A stretch of DNA of 38,034 bases from an uncultured Clostridia bacterium (GCA_945830595.1 CALZZH010000001.1:1-38034); one strand, 5' to 3'; positions 1-9,959 are shown, counted from the stretch's first letter. Notes: generated by a model from the sequence alone, not told the origin. Program-made: numbers and translations.

Positions 1-314
1 ATCGTGCTGCAATTCCCGCTGTAAATTGCCGTATCGGTACTGCGGATCATATAAGTCTGCATGCCGCACAGAGTCAGAAGCTGCTCCAGACGCAAGGTAA
101 TTGCCAGATTGAGTTGGCTCTCCTGAACGCCTGAATCAGATGAGGCGCCTCCATCCTCCCCGCCATGACCTGCGTCCAAAATGATGGTTACAGGCTGACT
201 GGCCAATGCCGCCGCTGTTGCAGCCAGGTTGTACTGAACGGCACTGTAAATGAGAAAAAATACAGCAGTAATCAACGCCAATATGCCAATGCTCCAATTT
301 CTGCGCTCTGACAT
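1..314 (-). CDS. N-acetylmuramoyl-L-alanine amidase, CwlD-like (N-terminal part only; runs off the window start)
   Basis: Absent from the ORF track because there is no stop inside the window. My minus-strand translation is MSMSERRNWSIGILALITAVFFLIYSAVQYNLAATAAALASQPVTIILDAGHGGEDGGASSDSGVQESQLNLAITLRLEQLL... It has an N-terminal TM helix followed by the DAGHGGxDGGA Amidase_3 motif. GAGGGG lies 6 nt before ATG 314; ATG 320 is the alternative start. The cotJ operon is a sporulation-gene neighbour. Confidence 0.7.
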   Translation of the reverse strand, partial: MSERRNWSIGILALITAVFFLIYSAVQYNLAATAAALASQPVTIILDAGHGGEDGGASSDSGVQESQLNLAITLRLEQLLTLCGMQTYMIRSTDTAIYSGNCST

Positions 315-474
315 GGACATCCCCTCGCATCTCACATTATGATACACTGCAGGATATGTTCCAGTCTTGTTTGATTATACCACAAAAGTAAGTTCCGGAA
401 AAGTCGAAATACACAATTCTGGGTCGACAGTCATAGAATATTCCGAATCCAACAATCAGTTAGGAGGATGCATT

Positions 475-933
475 TTGGACTACAGGAACCACCAACCAGA
501 AACCGGGTGCGCAGATAATATGGGGGTACTTCCCTGCTGCGCCCCGCTGGCGAACCCTTACGTTCCCTTTCAGCAGGAGAACGCCGCCACCTATCAGGCC
601 CCAATGGGACTGGTAAGAGGTACATTATATCCCGGTCTGGATCTTCCTTTTATGGGAATGGTCAATCAAAATGAGCAAAGCCATACACCAATGCACCAGC
701 TTCAGGCGCTGAACTTTGCAATTTCGGAACTCGGGCTTTATCTTGATACACATCCGACCGACCAGGAAGCCATCGATCTTTTCAATCAATATGTGGAGCA
801 ATATTCCCATGCCATGCAGCAGTATGAGCAAAATTATGGCCCGCTCAATCAGATGTCCTCTGCTCTGTCCGGAACTTATGAGTGGACCAAAGGGCCCTGG
901 CCCTGGGACTACGACGCCAATAAGGAGGGCTAG
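475..933 (+). CDS. spore coat protein, CotJA-CotJB fusion
   Basis: ORF track 367..933. The N-terminal half carries the CotJA-type signature (CCAPLANPYVPFQQENAATYQAPMGLVRGTLYPGLDLPF). The C-terminal half carries the CotJB-type signature (LQALNFAISELGLYLDTHPTDQEAIDLFNQYV...YEQNYGPL). Both are in one frame with no stop between them. I placed the start at in-frame TTG 475, 7 nt after AGGAGG (462-467); ATG 520 is the alternative. Confidence 0.7.
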   Translation: MDYRNHQPETGCADNMGVLPCCAPLANPYVPFQQENAATYQAPMGLVRGTLYPGLDLPFMGMVNQNEQSHTPMHQLQALNFAISELGLYLDTHPTDQEAIDLFNQYVEQYSHAMQQYEQNYGPLNQMSSALSGTYEWTKGPWPWDYDANKEG

Positions 934-936
934 AAT

Positions 937-1533
937 ATGTTTGTCTATAACAAAAAGCTGCAGTTTCCCGTAAAGATCACCCATACAGATCCCAGACTGG
1001 CCTCCATCATAATCAGTCAATACGGCGGCCCCGACGGAGAACTCGGAGCTTCTCTGCGCTATCTGAGCCAAAGATATTCCATGCCTTATCCGGATCTTCA
1101 GGGCTTGTTAACAGATATAGGTACGGAGGAACTGGGACACTTAGAAATGGTCGGCGCAATTGTACACCAGTTGACAAGGAAACTCACGGATTCTCAAATC
1201 GAAAACAGCAATTTTGCGCCTTATTTCGTCGATCACAGCGCAAGCGTCTACCCCACAGCTGCATCAGGATTTCCTTGGTCCGCCGCATCCATGGCCGTCA
1301 AAGGAGATCCTATTACAGACTTGACGGAAGACCTGGCTGCAGAGCAAAAAGCCCGAACCACCTATGATAATATCCTGCGGCTCAGCGACGATCCTGACGT
1401 CAACGAAGTAATCAAGTTCCTGCGCCAGAGAGAAGTGGTCCATTTTCAGAGGTTCGGCGAGGCGCTGCAGCTTTTGAGAGAACGCCTCAATGAGAAAAAC
1501 GTCTATGCTATGAACCCTGCTCTGGATATGTAA
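937..1533 (+). CDS. cotJC: spore coat protein CotJC (manganese-catalase/ferritin-like family)
   Basis: ORF track 198 aa: ...SQYGGPDGELGASLRYLSQRYSMPYPDLQGLLTDIGTEELGHLEMVGAIVHQL... and ...AAEQKARTTYDNILRL...FLRQREVVHFQRFGEAL. GGAGG lies 8 nt upstream of the ATG. The gene starts 3 nt after the cotJA/B stop. Confidence 0.9.
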   Translation: MFVYNKKLQFPVKITHTDPRLASIIISQYGGPDGELGASLRYLSQRYSMPYPDLQGLLTDIGTEELGHLEMVGAIVHQLTRKLTDSQIENSNFAPYFVDHSASVYPTAASGFPWSAASMAVKGDPITDLTEDLAAEQKARTTYDNILRLSDDPDVNEVIKFLRQREVVHFQRFGEALQLLRERLNEKNVYAMNPALDM

Positions 1534-1572
1534 TGGATCCTCATTGTCTGCCCTTCCATAAAGCGTAAAACA

Positions 1573-1616
1573 GCCATTGTGCGGTTGCCAGACTTATCTG
1601 GCGGCCGCACAATGGC
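1573..1616. terminator. long stem-loop between convergent cotJC and permease genes
   Basis: gccattgtgcggttgccaga / tctggcggccgcacaatggc form a stem of about 20 bp (two G-U pairs) with a short loop. On the minus strand it is followed by TGTTTTAC. There is no clean U-tract on the plus strand. Confidence 0.6.
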
Positions 1617-1629
1617 AATATGTATGATC

Positions 1630-3111
1630 TTATTTCTGCATCCGTTCCGCCAGTTTTTGCGCTTTCAATTCAGCCATATGCGCCGCCGCTTCTTCCGCAG
1701 CATGGTCTTCATGATCCTTCGGAATCAACAGATTCAGAAGAATCGCCAGAATGGCTGCAGGCACAATTCCGGACCCGCCGAATACCAGATTGATGTTGGT
1801 TCCAAGTCCCGCAATCGCACCGCTGGTGGCGCCCAATCCATAGCCGAGACCCAAGGCAACGGAGACAATGGTAATCACCCGGTTGGTAACGCCATGCTTG
1901 GTGATCAGCTGAATACCGGAAATTGCAATGGACGCAAACATCATCACAGCTGCTCCTCCCAAAACACTCTGGGGCATAATGGAAATCACAGCAGCCAGCT
2001 TCGGACTGAGACCGCAAAGGATCAGGAACACAGCGCCCATGGAAAGCGCAAATCTGTTCACCACTTTAGTCATGGTTACCAGGCCGACATTCTGGGAGAA
2101 AGAGGTATTCGGCAGGACGCCAAACAGAGCCGCAAAGCTGGATCCCAGACCATCGCAGGTGACCGCTCCGGAAAGCTCTTTGTCTGTTGCATCCCGCCCC
2201 ATGCCGCCTTCGATGCACCCGGCCGTATCTCCCACGGTTTCCACTGTCGTGACGATAAACATGATACAGACCGGAAGAATGGCGCTCCATTCAAACGTCG
2301 GCTTGACAGGCATAAACTTGGGAAGCGAAACCCATGCGCTGTCGGCCACCTTGCTCCAATTCAATACCCAGGCCTTGGTGTATTCCACACCATCCGCATT
2401 GATACCGGTCTTGGGCAAAAACAGACTCAGAAGCGCGCAGAGGATATAACCAAAAATAATGCCAATCAGAATGGATGAGGTGCTGGTGATTCCTTTGGTA
2501 AAGTGTTTGAGCACGACAATCACAATCAAAACTGCAGCGCCAATTGCCAAATTTTCCAGGGATCCAAAGTCCGCTGCGCTGCTCCCGCCTGCAAAGGAAT
2601 TGACGCCGACCGAGATCAGGCTAAGACCAATGGCAAGAACCACCGTGCCCGTAACCACAGGCGGGAAAAGCTTCCGGAGCGGTTTAATGATGAAGCCCAG
2701 AACCGTTTCAAACAGGCCGCCAATGATGGAAGCGCCAAGGATGGCGCCGTATGCAATCACACCGCCGCCCATGGTTGCTGCCACACTCTTCATCACGCCC
2801 AGGAAGCCGGAACTGGTGCCCATAATGATGGGTACCTGTCCGCCAATGGGGCCAATGGAAAACAGCTGCACTAAGGTTACCACACCGGCAACCAGCATTG
2901 CATTCTGCAGCAGCGTCACATACAAAGCAGGTTCATCGGCAATAATTCCGCAAGCACCGCAGATGATGATCAGAGGCGTCAGATTGCCGACGAACATGGC
3001 CAATACATGCTGCAGTCCCAAAGGAATGGCATGTTTGAGGGGAATCCGTCCTTCAAAAGTTTCCGGGCTGGTATAGCTGACTGTCTTTTCAGATTTTGTC
3101 TGTTTGCTCAT
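1630..3111 (-). CDS. NCS2/NAT-family nucleobase permease (xanthine/uric-acid-type signature)
   Basis: ORF 1630..3186 trimmed to ATG 3111 (MSKQTK...), which is preceded by GGGGGAGAG. The protein is polytopic and carries the NAT signature SFSQNVGLVTMTK. The Gln at the first signature position is typical of xanthine-type members; substrate specificity is an inference. Confidence 0.85.
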   Translation of the reverse strand: MSKQTKSEKTVSYTSPETFEGRIPLKHAIPLGLQHVLAMFVGNLTPLIIICGACGIIADEPALYVTLLQNAMLVAGVVTLVQLFSIGPIGGQVPIIMGTSSGFLGVMKSVAATMGGGVIAYGAILGASIIGGLFETVLGFIIKPLRKLFPPVVTGTVVLAIGLSLISVGVNSFAGGSSAADFGSLENLAIGAAVLIVIVVLKHFTKGITSTSSILIGIIFGYILCALLSLFLPKTGINADGVEYTKAWVLNWSKVADSAWVSLPKFMPVKPTFEWSAILPVCIMFIVTTVETVGDTAGCIEGGMGRDATDKELSGAVTCDGLGSSFAALFGVLPNTSFSQNVGLVTMTKVVNRFALSMGAVFLILCGLSPKLAAVISIMPQSVLGGAAVMMFASIAISGIQLITKHGVTNRVITIVSVALGLGYGLGATSGAIAGLGTNINLVFGGSGIVPAAILAILLNLLIPKDHEDHAAEEAAAHMAELKAQKLAERMQK

Positions 3112-3133
3112 ATTCTCTCCCCCTTTTTTCTTT

Positions 3134-3162
3134 AGTCTATCAAAATGTAAAAGCGTTGTCAA
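3134..3162 (-). promoter_or_regulatory. candidate sigma-A promoter of the NCS2 permease
   Basis: Minus strand: TTGACA (3162-3157), 17 nt, TAGACT (3139-3134), with TG one base upstream of the -10 hexamer. Pattern match only. Confidence 0.35.
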
Positions 3163-3193
3163 TGAAATTACATGTTCGCCGGTCATGCATTCT

Positions 3194-6100
3194 TTATACT
3201 AGAATGGCCGAGCCGGAGGAGAAGAAATACAAAATCCGCCTCTTGACAGGCATCTGAAAAATTCGGGAAAGGGCTTTGGAATAGGCCTCCAATTGAGGCG
3301 CATAATAGCTGGCACGCTGCTGGAGCATATCACCATACACATGGTCTGTTTTAAAGTCCAAAATCGTCATTCCGTCTTCCTCGAACACAACACAGTCCAC
3401 CACGCCCTGCAGCATTGTCTGCTCACCGGATCCCGCAGCATCATAGTCGCCTGCATCTACCAAAATGGAAAACTTAAACTCTCTGCGGATGTTCGGCTGT
3501 GCCAGAAGCCAGGTTCCCAATTCCGAATGAAAGAATGCTTCCACCTGCTGGATTTGGACAGCGTCAGCCTGATCCTGCGTCAGAAAGTTCGCTGCGCCAA
3601 GGCGATCCAGCTCCGCGGCAATCGCTTCGCCGGTGGAGCAGGCCTGATAGGAAGCAAATTGCATGAACAAATGGGTTGCAGTTCCCTTCTCCGCCGCAGA
3701 TAAAGGTCCCGGCAGAAAGCGGGCCTTCTGAAATCGATAGCTGCTTACCGGCCTGGACTCCACGGCGCCTTCTGCGGCCTCCATGTCCTGAAGCCGGCCT
3801 TTGAGCTGTGTCGCCGTTAATTTGGCCGGAAGCGCACTGACAGCCGCATAGGGGTAACTGTACTGCAGCAGCGAAATGGCAGCAGGGTCTGCCTGCACGT
3901 CCTCATGGACCTGGTTTGTGAATGCCGCCAGGGGCTGCTCTGCTTCCTGGAACAGATCTCGATAGACAATTCTCCATGGATATTTGCTGACCTGGCCGAC
4001 ATCATTGCCATCCACCAACTGCCGAAGCTCACCGGCCTCCGTGCGGCAAAGCGCGGCCATCAGAATCCATTTCCCGGGGCACCTGGCTGAAGCGCAAAGA
4101 TCATCGCTGAGGGGCCGCGTCAATTGACTATTGATATTCTTCAATTCGGACAGCAGGTATTTGCTGTAATAGGTCATGACCAGCATGTCTTTGGCCCGGG
4201 TCATGGCCACATATAAAACCCGCAGCTCTTCAGAAACAGCTTCCCTTGTCTTTTTCAGAACGATCGCTTTCTTTGCCAGAGTCGGATAGCGGACAAAGAG
4301 CTTATGATCCACTCGATTGCAGCCTACGGCCAGATCCTTGTCCACCAAAATGGCATCCTGCATGTCTTTCAGGTTAAAACGCCTCGACAGGTCGCTGAGA
4401 AACACCACCGGAAACTCCAGTCCTTTGGAGCTGTGCACGGTCATAATGGAAACTGCATTTTCAGCTGCGGCAACCGGCATGGCCAGCTGCCCGTCATTGG
4501 CTTGGAGATCCGACAAGTACCATAAGAGCTGCGGCAAAGCTTTGCTGCCGCCTGCTTCAAAAGAACCGGCAAAGCTGCGAAACGCCATGAGATTGCGTTC
4601 TCTTTGCAGACCGTCATCCATGGCTGCAAATACGGACAGCAAATCCGTTTTTTGAAAGATGCTGTCCAGAAGCTGTGTCAGAGACAACCAGTGTGTCTCT
4701 TCACGCAGCTCTTCCAGCAGCCTCAGGAAGGGCTCGAATTCTCCGCCGGCCGCTTGAATCGCTTCGTAATAATCGCCCTTCCGGTCCAGCGTTCTGGGCT
4801 GCGCCAGTACATCGGGCGAATATCCGAATACGGGGCTGGCCAATACAGTCAGCAGCGGGACATCCTGATGCGGATTGTCGATAATCTGCAAAATCGCCAC
4901 CAGAATCTGGACTTCCGGCGCATCCAGCAGGCTGCCTCCGCGTTCACAGACAGCCGGGATTCCATATCGGCTCAAAGACTCCAAATAAGTGCTCGCTGTG
5001 CCGGACAAAGAGCGCATCAGAATTACAATATCTCCAGGCTTGACCGGTCTGGTACGATCCCCCTCTGTCACCGGCGTTTGCTCCTCTAAAAGGCGACGAA
5101 TGCGTCTGGCCACGTAGTCTGCTTCCAGTTCACATTTGTCCTGGGAAAGTGCCGGATCGCTGCTGGTTAAACAGTGCAGTTCCACAGGCGTCTGCGGCGT
5201 TTCCGGGAAAGCGCGTCCAGCGTGAAGGGCTTCCGCCTCCCCATAGTCCAGATCTCCGACTTTTTTTCGCATAACCAGACGAAATACGTCATTGCATGCC
5301 TCCAGGATCTCCGGTTTTGAGCGGAAATTATCCGAAAGAAGGATCTTCCGCGGCTGAGCCGGCAATGCTTCCCGATAATCCTTGTAGGCTTCATACTTCT
5401 TCAGAAAAATGGTCGGATCGGCAAGGCGGAACCGGTAAATGGACTGTTTCACATCGCCCACCATGAAGCGGTTCTCTCCGTTCCGCGACACAGCCTCGAA
5501 TATGGTATCCTGCACCTGATTGGAATCCTGGTATTCATCCACCAGAATTTCTTCATAGCGTCCGGCAATCTCCCGCGCGGTTTTCGTCGGCTTTCCTGTA
5601 TAGTGATCCACCAGGAGCCCAATGGCCGTGTGCTCCAGATCGGAAAAGTCCAGAACTTTCCTGCTCTTTTTCTCCTCCAGATAGGCCCGCTCGAACCGCC
5701 TGGTAAAGCGCAGCAGAGCCTGCGCGCCGGGCATCACCTGGGACAGGTCGTCCAGCACCGCTTGAGAATCAGCAAAAAACAATTCCTGCCAGCTTTTCAG
5801 CTCAGACCAGCAAAGCGTTCTGATCTTAGCCAGCCGCTCTTTCACAGCGCTGTCCTCCGGATTTCGAACAACCGCCCGGCCAAAACTTTGCACCTTATGG
5901 CAGAGGACTTCATCCCAGGTTTGGCAGGCATGGAGCTCCTCCAATTGCTGCAGATTCTCCCGGAATGTTTTTCCAAATCCTTTTTCTATATTGGGATAGC
6001 AGGACATTTCGTTCAGGCAGCGCTGAAAATTTTCAATCTGATGTTCCAGAAACACATGAAATTCCCTTAAAATATACGCGCCCCAGGGGGTTGCAGCGGC

Positions 6101-6721
6101 GTCCGAATACCGCTCCATATCCAGAGCACCCAAAGTAGACTCCAGCCAGCCGTCCATGTCTGCACGGCACCGCATTTCCCGATACGCCATCAAAACGGCC
6201 TCCGGAAGGCGGCGGTCATCACGGCCATACCCAAAGGTCTCCACCATCATTCTGAATTCAGGATCATGACTGGCATAGCCTTCCTCCAGCATACGCTGCA
6301 GCACTTTATCCTGCAGCACCCGACTTTCCGTCTCTTCTGCCACCCGAAAATCAGCAGGGATATCCAGCTGATGGGCATAAGTGCGCAGCAGATTTGCACA
6401 GAAAGCATGGACGGTAGATATTTCTGCCAGATACAACCGGTGCATTTGGCGCTGCAGATGCCGATTTTCCGGTGCTTGGGCCAGACGCTGACTCAAGGCC
6501 TGCGCGATTTTCACGCGAAGTTCCGCTGCCGCAGCCTTGGTATAAGTAATCACCAAAAACGAATCAATGTTGCAGGGATGCTCCGCATCACAAATCCGTG
6601 CCATCAGCCGGTCAACCAATACCTTGGTTTTGCCGGACCCTGCAGCGGCAGACACCAGCAGCGCTCCGCCGGCATTCTCCACCACAGCCTGTTGGGAGGG
6701 GGTAAGTTGTATTTCAGCCAC
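3194..6721 (-). CDS. addA: ATP-dependent helicase/nuclease AddA
   Basis: ORF 3194..6826. It has a UvrD-type helicase with Walker A AAAGSGKTKVL and a C-terminal RecB-type nuclease (GVVDCVVFEEDGMTILDFKTD). I set the start at GTG 6721, 9 nt after AGGAGG; this overlaps the addB stop by 8 nt. Confidence 0.9.
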   Translation of the reverse strand: MAEIQLTPSQQAVVENAGGALLVSAAAGSGKTKVLVDRLMARICDAEHPCNIDSFLVITYTKAAAAELRVKIAQALSQRLAQAPENRHLQRQMHRLYLAEISTVHAFCANLLRTYAHQLDIPADFRVAEETESRVLQDKVLQRMLEEGYASHDPEFRMMVETFGYGRDDRRLPEAVLMAYREMRCRADMDGWLESTLGALDMERYSDAAATPWGAYILREFHVFLEHQIENFQRCLNEMSCYPNIEKGFGKTFRENLQQLEELHACQTWDEVLCHKVQSFGRAVVRNPEDSAVKERLAKIRTLCWSELKSWQELFFADSQAVLDDLSQVMPGAQALLRFTRRFERAYLEEKKSRKVLDFSDLEHTAIGLLVDHYTGKPTKTAREIAGRYEEILVDEYQDSNQVQDTIFEAVSRNGENRFMVGDVKQSIYRFRLADPTIFLKKYEAYKDYREALPAQPRKILLSDNFRSKPEILEACNDVFRLVMRKKVGDLDYGEAEALHAGRAFPETPQTPVELHCLTSSDPALSQDKCELEADYVARRIRRLLEEQTPVTEGDRTRPVKPGDIVILMRSLSGTASTYLESLSRYGIPAVCERGGSLLDAPEVQILVAILQIIDNPHQDVPLLTVLASPVFGYSPDVLAQPRTLDRKGDYYEAIQAAGGEFEPFLRLLEELREETHWLSLTQLLDSIFQKTDLLSVFAAMDDGLQRERNLMAFRSFAGSFEAGGSKALPQLLWYLSDLQANDGQLAMPVAAAENAVSIMTVHSSKGLEFPVVFLSDLSRRFNLKDMQDAILVDKDLAVGCNRVDHKLFVRYPTLAKKAIVLKKTREAVSEELRVLYVAMTRAKDMLVMTYYSKYLLSELKNINSQLTRPLSDDLCASARCPGKWILMAALCRTEAGELRQLVDGNDVGQVSKYPWRIVYRDLFQEAEQPLAAFTNQVHEDVQADPAAISLLQYSYPYAAVSALPAKLTATQLKGRLQDMEAAEGAVESRPVSSYRFQKARFLPGPLSAAEKGTATHLFMQFASYQACSTGEAIAAELDRLGAANFLTQDQADAVQIQQVEAFFHSELGTWLLAQPNIRREFKFSILVDAGDYDAAGSGEQTMLQGVVDCVVFEEDGMTILDFKTDHVYGDMLQQRASYYAPQLEAYSKALSRIFQMPVKRRILYFFSSGSAILV

Positions 6722-9700
6722 GATGTGCTTCCTCCTGCTCCAATTTCTCCCAGAATTTTGCCGCTGTCGTCGCCGCAAAATTTCTTTCTTCCCGCTGGCA
6801 CAGATCCCCATGGCAGACAGTGGCATAATCGCAGTATTGACATGCGGAGTTCTGCCCGCGTATCACAGGGTTAGGTGTCACCTCTCCGGACGCAATGCCG
6901 TCCGTCATCGAAACCAGTGTCCGTATAACATGTCGTTCCAACAGAACCATCTGCCGTTGATCCGCCAAATCTCCCTGCGGTCCGTTTTTTCCTACTGCAT
7001 AAGGCATAAATCTGGGATTCTCCGGTTCCTGCTCCATGGCAGCCAGCAGAATCTCGTCCCCACGAATCAGCCCTCTTCTCCGGCGTTCCTCCTGATGCTG
7101 CTGCCGGACTGTCGCCTGGTCCGGCATGGGCTGAGTCAGAGAATACTCCTTCCGCGCTGGCAAGTAGAGTACGCCTGCAGGTTCCAGGCTGCTCTTTCCA
7201 AAATAGGCCGCGCCGTACTGCCGCAACGCAAACAAATAGATCAGCATCTGCATACCGGCGCCGTTGAGAATGTCTGTGTAATCAAAATCCTTCTTGCCTG
7301 TTTTGTAGTCCACCACGCGAACATAGGTATTACCGTCCCGCTCATACAGGTCAACCCGATCTACAAAACCCGATATCAGGCAGGAAGCTTCCGATCCCTC
7401 CACAGCAATTGGCGGGAGCGGACCGGATTGTGAAAACTCCAATTCACAGCAGGCGGGCTGAAACAAACTGCTCTGGAGTTCCTGCCCCAGATCCAGAACG
7501 ATATCCAGAATTTCTTCCTGGGAGCGATGAAATAAGTAGGCATCCCGTTCCGCCTGCTCCGGAAAATGAAGCGCGGCATATTGATTGATCTCTTCTGTTG
7601 CAACAGAAAGCAGCTGCTCCTGCGAAACATTCCAAAAACCGCCTAACTTCTCAACCCGGTTCACAACCTGCTCCAAAACGGCATGAACGAAGGTTCCAAA
7701 TACAGACGGGTCCAGCTTCGCCTGGCGTCTGGGTCTGGCCTTCAGGCCATAGGCCAGGAAAAAGGAGAATCTGCAGGAAGCGTATTTATCGATTCTGGAC
7801 GCGGATAAATAGATTTGCTGTCCATAGAGTCCCCGCACGGTTTCCCGACGCAACGGCGCAAAGCTATAGTCTCTCTTTTTCTGTAAATTTTCTTCCGCTG
7901 ATATCAGGGCCGGTATCTGGAGCGGCGTCTGATCTCCGTGACGAAGTCTCCATGCAGCCAAGGACGAAATGTCCAGAAAGACTTCATCATGGCCCGCATG
8001 GAAAGACGTCGGAAAAAGAGAGGCCGCTCTGCGGAAGAGCCAAGCGGGCGCATCCCCTGCATAGGACATCCGAATCGAGTCGGTTGCGGCATGCATTGCC
8101 CGCTGAATCTTGCACATTTCCTGATCCATCTGGTCCGCCCGGCTCGGAGCCAGGGCAATGCCGCAGCTCAACAGTCTGCGGCGCTCGTCCTCCGTCAGAA
8201 GGCCTTCTGCCGCCTTGTAAGCAGGAAAGCGTCCGTCATCAGCGCCCAGTACCAGCAAATGCTTTGTCAATCGATGGCGAAGGTCCGGTAAATCACTCAC
8301 ATAAATCTGATCCAGGCCAGCCGGAATGGTCCCAACACGGTACTGCGTCAGCAGTAGCCGGTACAAACGGCAAAAATCTTCCGGCGATCGGACCGTCTGG
8401 CCCAGAACCAGCCAGATTTGTTCCAGAGATTGCCTTAAAATTTCATAGAGCTGCGCCAGTTCCTGTGCGGCCTGACCATTGCCTTCCGCTTGCCAGCTGT
8501 TCGCCTTCTCCTCCAACTGTTGGCGAAGCCCCACCGTTTCCAGAAAGCGATCCAACGCAAGCACCATTTCCCCTGTATTTTTGGCGCATTTCAGCGCTTG
8601 GCGCCGGCAAAGAAGCGGGGCAAGTGCCGCTTTCCGGTCCGCATTCAGCGCTTCCAGCTTTTTCAAATCTTCTTCTGTCCAAGCTTCTCCGTAGCCTCTT
8701 GGATGCAGTTCCCAGGGTTTTTCCCATTGGCTGCCGCGAAGATTCCAACGGTAAGCATAGTCGTCCAGAAGATCGCAGCTATTTCGGCTGACCGGGGGGA
8801 ACCCGGATTTCAGATATAAAGCAGCATCTTCATAATCCAGAGGCCCAGCCGCGGCTGTCAGGCAATTGACCACAGAATGAATGACCGGCTTTGCCAAAAG
8901 ATCCGTTTCGCCGGCAAAATATGCCGGCAGCTCAGCGGCAGTCAATGCGGCGCGAAGGGGCGCCTCATACAAACGCATATCCGTACAGGCGATGGAGATA
9001 TCGCGGCATCGCGCTCCCCCGGACAGCAGGGACTTGATTTGCAAAGCTGTCCCGCGGCACTCCTCTTCCACGGACGAAAAACTGCATAGAGTCACTTTTT
9101 CCGATTCGACCGATGCCTCTTCCTGCGTAAATAATGCGTTCAGGAACACCTGAAGTGCCGGATCTCTGGGCAGCTGCACATCGTACTGCTGAACATGGCA
9201 GGGACAGTCCCATTTTGCTGCCAGGCTCTTTAGTTCACTGCGCATCTTGCTTGTAAGGCGCATCATGGCTGCGTTGGAGCTGCCAGCCAGGGAGATCCAT
9301 ACTTCCGGAGCTTTCTGCAGCAGCGCCTCCAAAACCGTCAGTTCCAATCCAGTGAAGTCCGAAAATCCATCCAGATAGAACCGGCGGGACTGCGCCCAAT
9401 CACATTCCAGCAACGCGTCGCGCAGCCGGATCAGCTTATCTGTTGGATCCGCTTTTCCATTGGCGCATACTGCCAGATACGCTTCATACAGCAGTCCAAT
9501 TTCTTCGAGTTTCTGTGCAAAAACGCCCTCCACTCTGCGTGATGTTTCCAGCAGCACTGCAGGTTCCAGGCAATAGCTCTGAAATTCTTCGACCATTCGC
9601 ACCATGTCTGCCAGAAATTCCGGCTTGCGAAGTACAGGTGCAAACAATTTGACACGGGAAGAAATCTGCTCCGCCGCCAGGGCCATGGCCAATAGCTGCC

Positions 9701-9959
9701 CGCCCTTGTCCAGGTATGCTGCCGCTGCGCCGCCATAATAAGCGGAAACCCGGTCTGATAACCGGGAAAAACTCAGCACTTCCGCATAGCGGCTGATGGT
9801 ATCTCCACCCATGGCACACAGTGCGCGTTCAGCTTCGTGCGAAAATTGCTCCGGAACAATGTATATCAGCCCCTCTGTCCCCTTTGCGGCAGACTGACAA
9901 ATCCGTTTCAGCATCTCCTGTGTCAGAGAGGCCCGGTCCGGACCGATCAACAGGTTCAT
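6714..9959 (-). CDS. addB: helicase-nuclease AddB (nuclease and Fe-S cluster subunit)
   Basis: ORF 6714..9974, start most likely ATG 9959 (MNLLIGP...). C-terminal nuclease motif VRVVDYKTGKKD. Fe-S cysteines: CRFSFFL ... CQYCDYATVC. It lies immediately upstream of addA and overlaps it. Confidence 0.9.
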   Translation of the reverse strand: MNLLIGPDRASLTQEMLKRICQSAAKGTEGLIYIVPEQFSHEAERALCAMGGDTISRYAEVLSFSRLSDRVSAYYGGAAAAYLDKGGQLLAMALAAEQISSRVKLFAPVLRKPEFLADMVRMVEEFQSYCLEPAVLLETSRRVEGVFAQKLEEIGLLYEAYLAVCANGKADPTDKLIRLRDALLECDWAQSRRFYLDGFSDFTGLELTVLEALLQKAPEVWISLAGSSNAAMMRLTSKMRSELKSLAAKWDCPCHVQQYDVQLPRDPALQVFLNALFTQEEASVESEKVTLCSFSSVEEECRGTALQIKSLLSGGARCRDISIACTDMRLYEAPLRAALTAAELPAYFAGETDLLAKPVIHSVVNCLTAAAGPLDYEDAALYLKSGFPPVSRNSCDLLDDYAYRWNLRGSQWEKPWELHPRGYGEAWTEEDLKKLEALNADRKAALAPLLCRRQALKCAKNTGEMVLALDRFLETVGLRQQLEEKANSWQAEGNGQAAQELAQLYEILRQSLEQIWLVLGQTVRSPEDFCRLYRLLLTQYRVGTIPAGLDQIYVSDLPDLRHRLTKHLLVLGADDGRFPAYKAAEGLLTEDERRRLLSCGIALAPSRADQMDQEMCKIQRAMHAATDSIRMSYAGDAPAWLFRRAASLFPTSFHAGHDEVFLDISSLAAWRLRHGDQTPLQIPALISAEENLQKKRDYSFAPLRRETVRGLYGQQIYLSASRIDKYASCRFSFFLAYGLKARPRRQAKLDPSVFGTFVHAVLEQVVNRVEKLGGFWNVSQEQLLSVATEEINQYAALHFPEQAERDAYLFHRSQEEILDIVLDLGQELQSSLFQPACCELEFSQSGPLPPIAVEGSEASCLISGFVDRVDLYERDGNTYVRVVDYKTGKKDFDYTDILNGAGMQMLIYLFALRQYGAAYFGKSSLEPAGVLYLPARKEYSLTQPMPDQATVRQQHQEERRRRGLIRGDEILLAAMEQEPENPRFMPYAVGKNGPQGDLADQRQMVLLERHVIRTLVSMTDGIASGEVTPNPVIRGQNSACQYCDYATVCHGDLCQREERNFAATTAAKFWEKLEQEEAHRG

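Noticed and set aside
136-330. 64-aa minus-strand ORF from the track.
   Set aside because: It is out of frame with, and fully inside, the amidase reading frame. That frame carries a clear Amidase_3 motif.
321-474. Sporulation (sigma-E/sigma-K type) promoter for cotJ, e.g. CATAGAAT at 432-439.
   Set aside because: There is only a partial -10 match, and no correctly spaced -35 element. I cannot support a call from sequence alone.
1579-3076. Plus-strand ORFs 1579-2478, 1928-2449 and 2459-3076.
   Set aside because: All are antisense or out of frame relative to the NCS2 permease gene.
6266-8791. Plus-strand ORFs 6266-6874, 6567-7433, 7598-8791 and others.
   Set aside because: They are antisense shadows of addA and addB.
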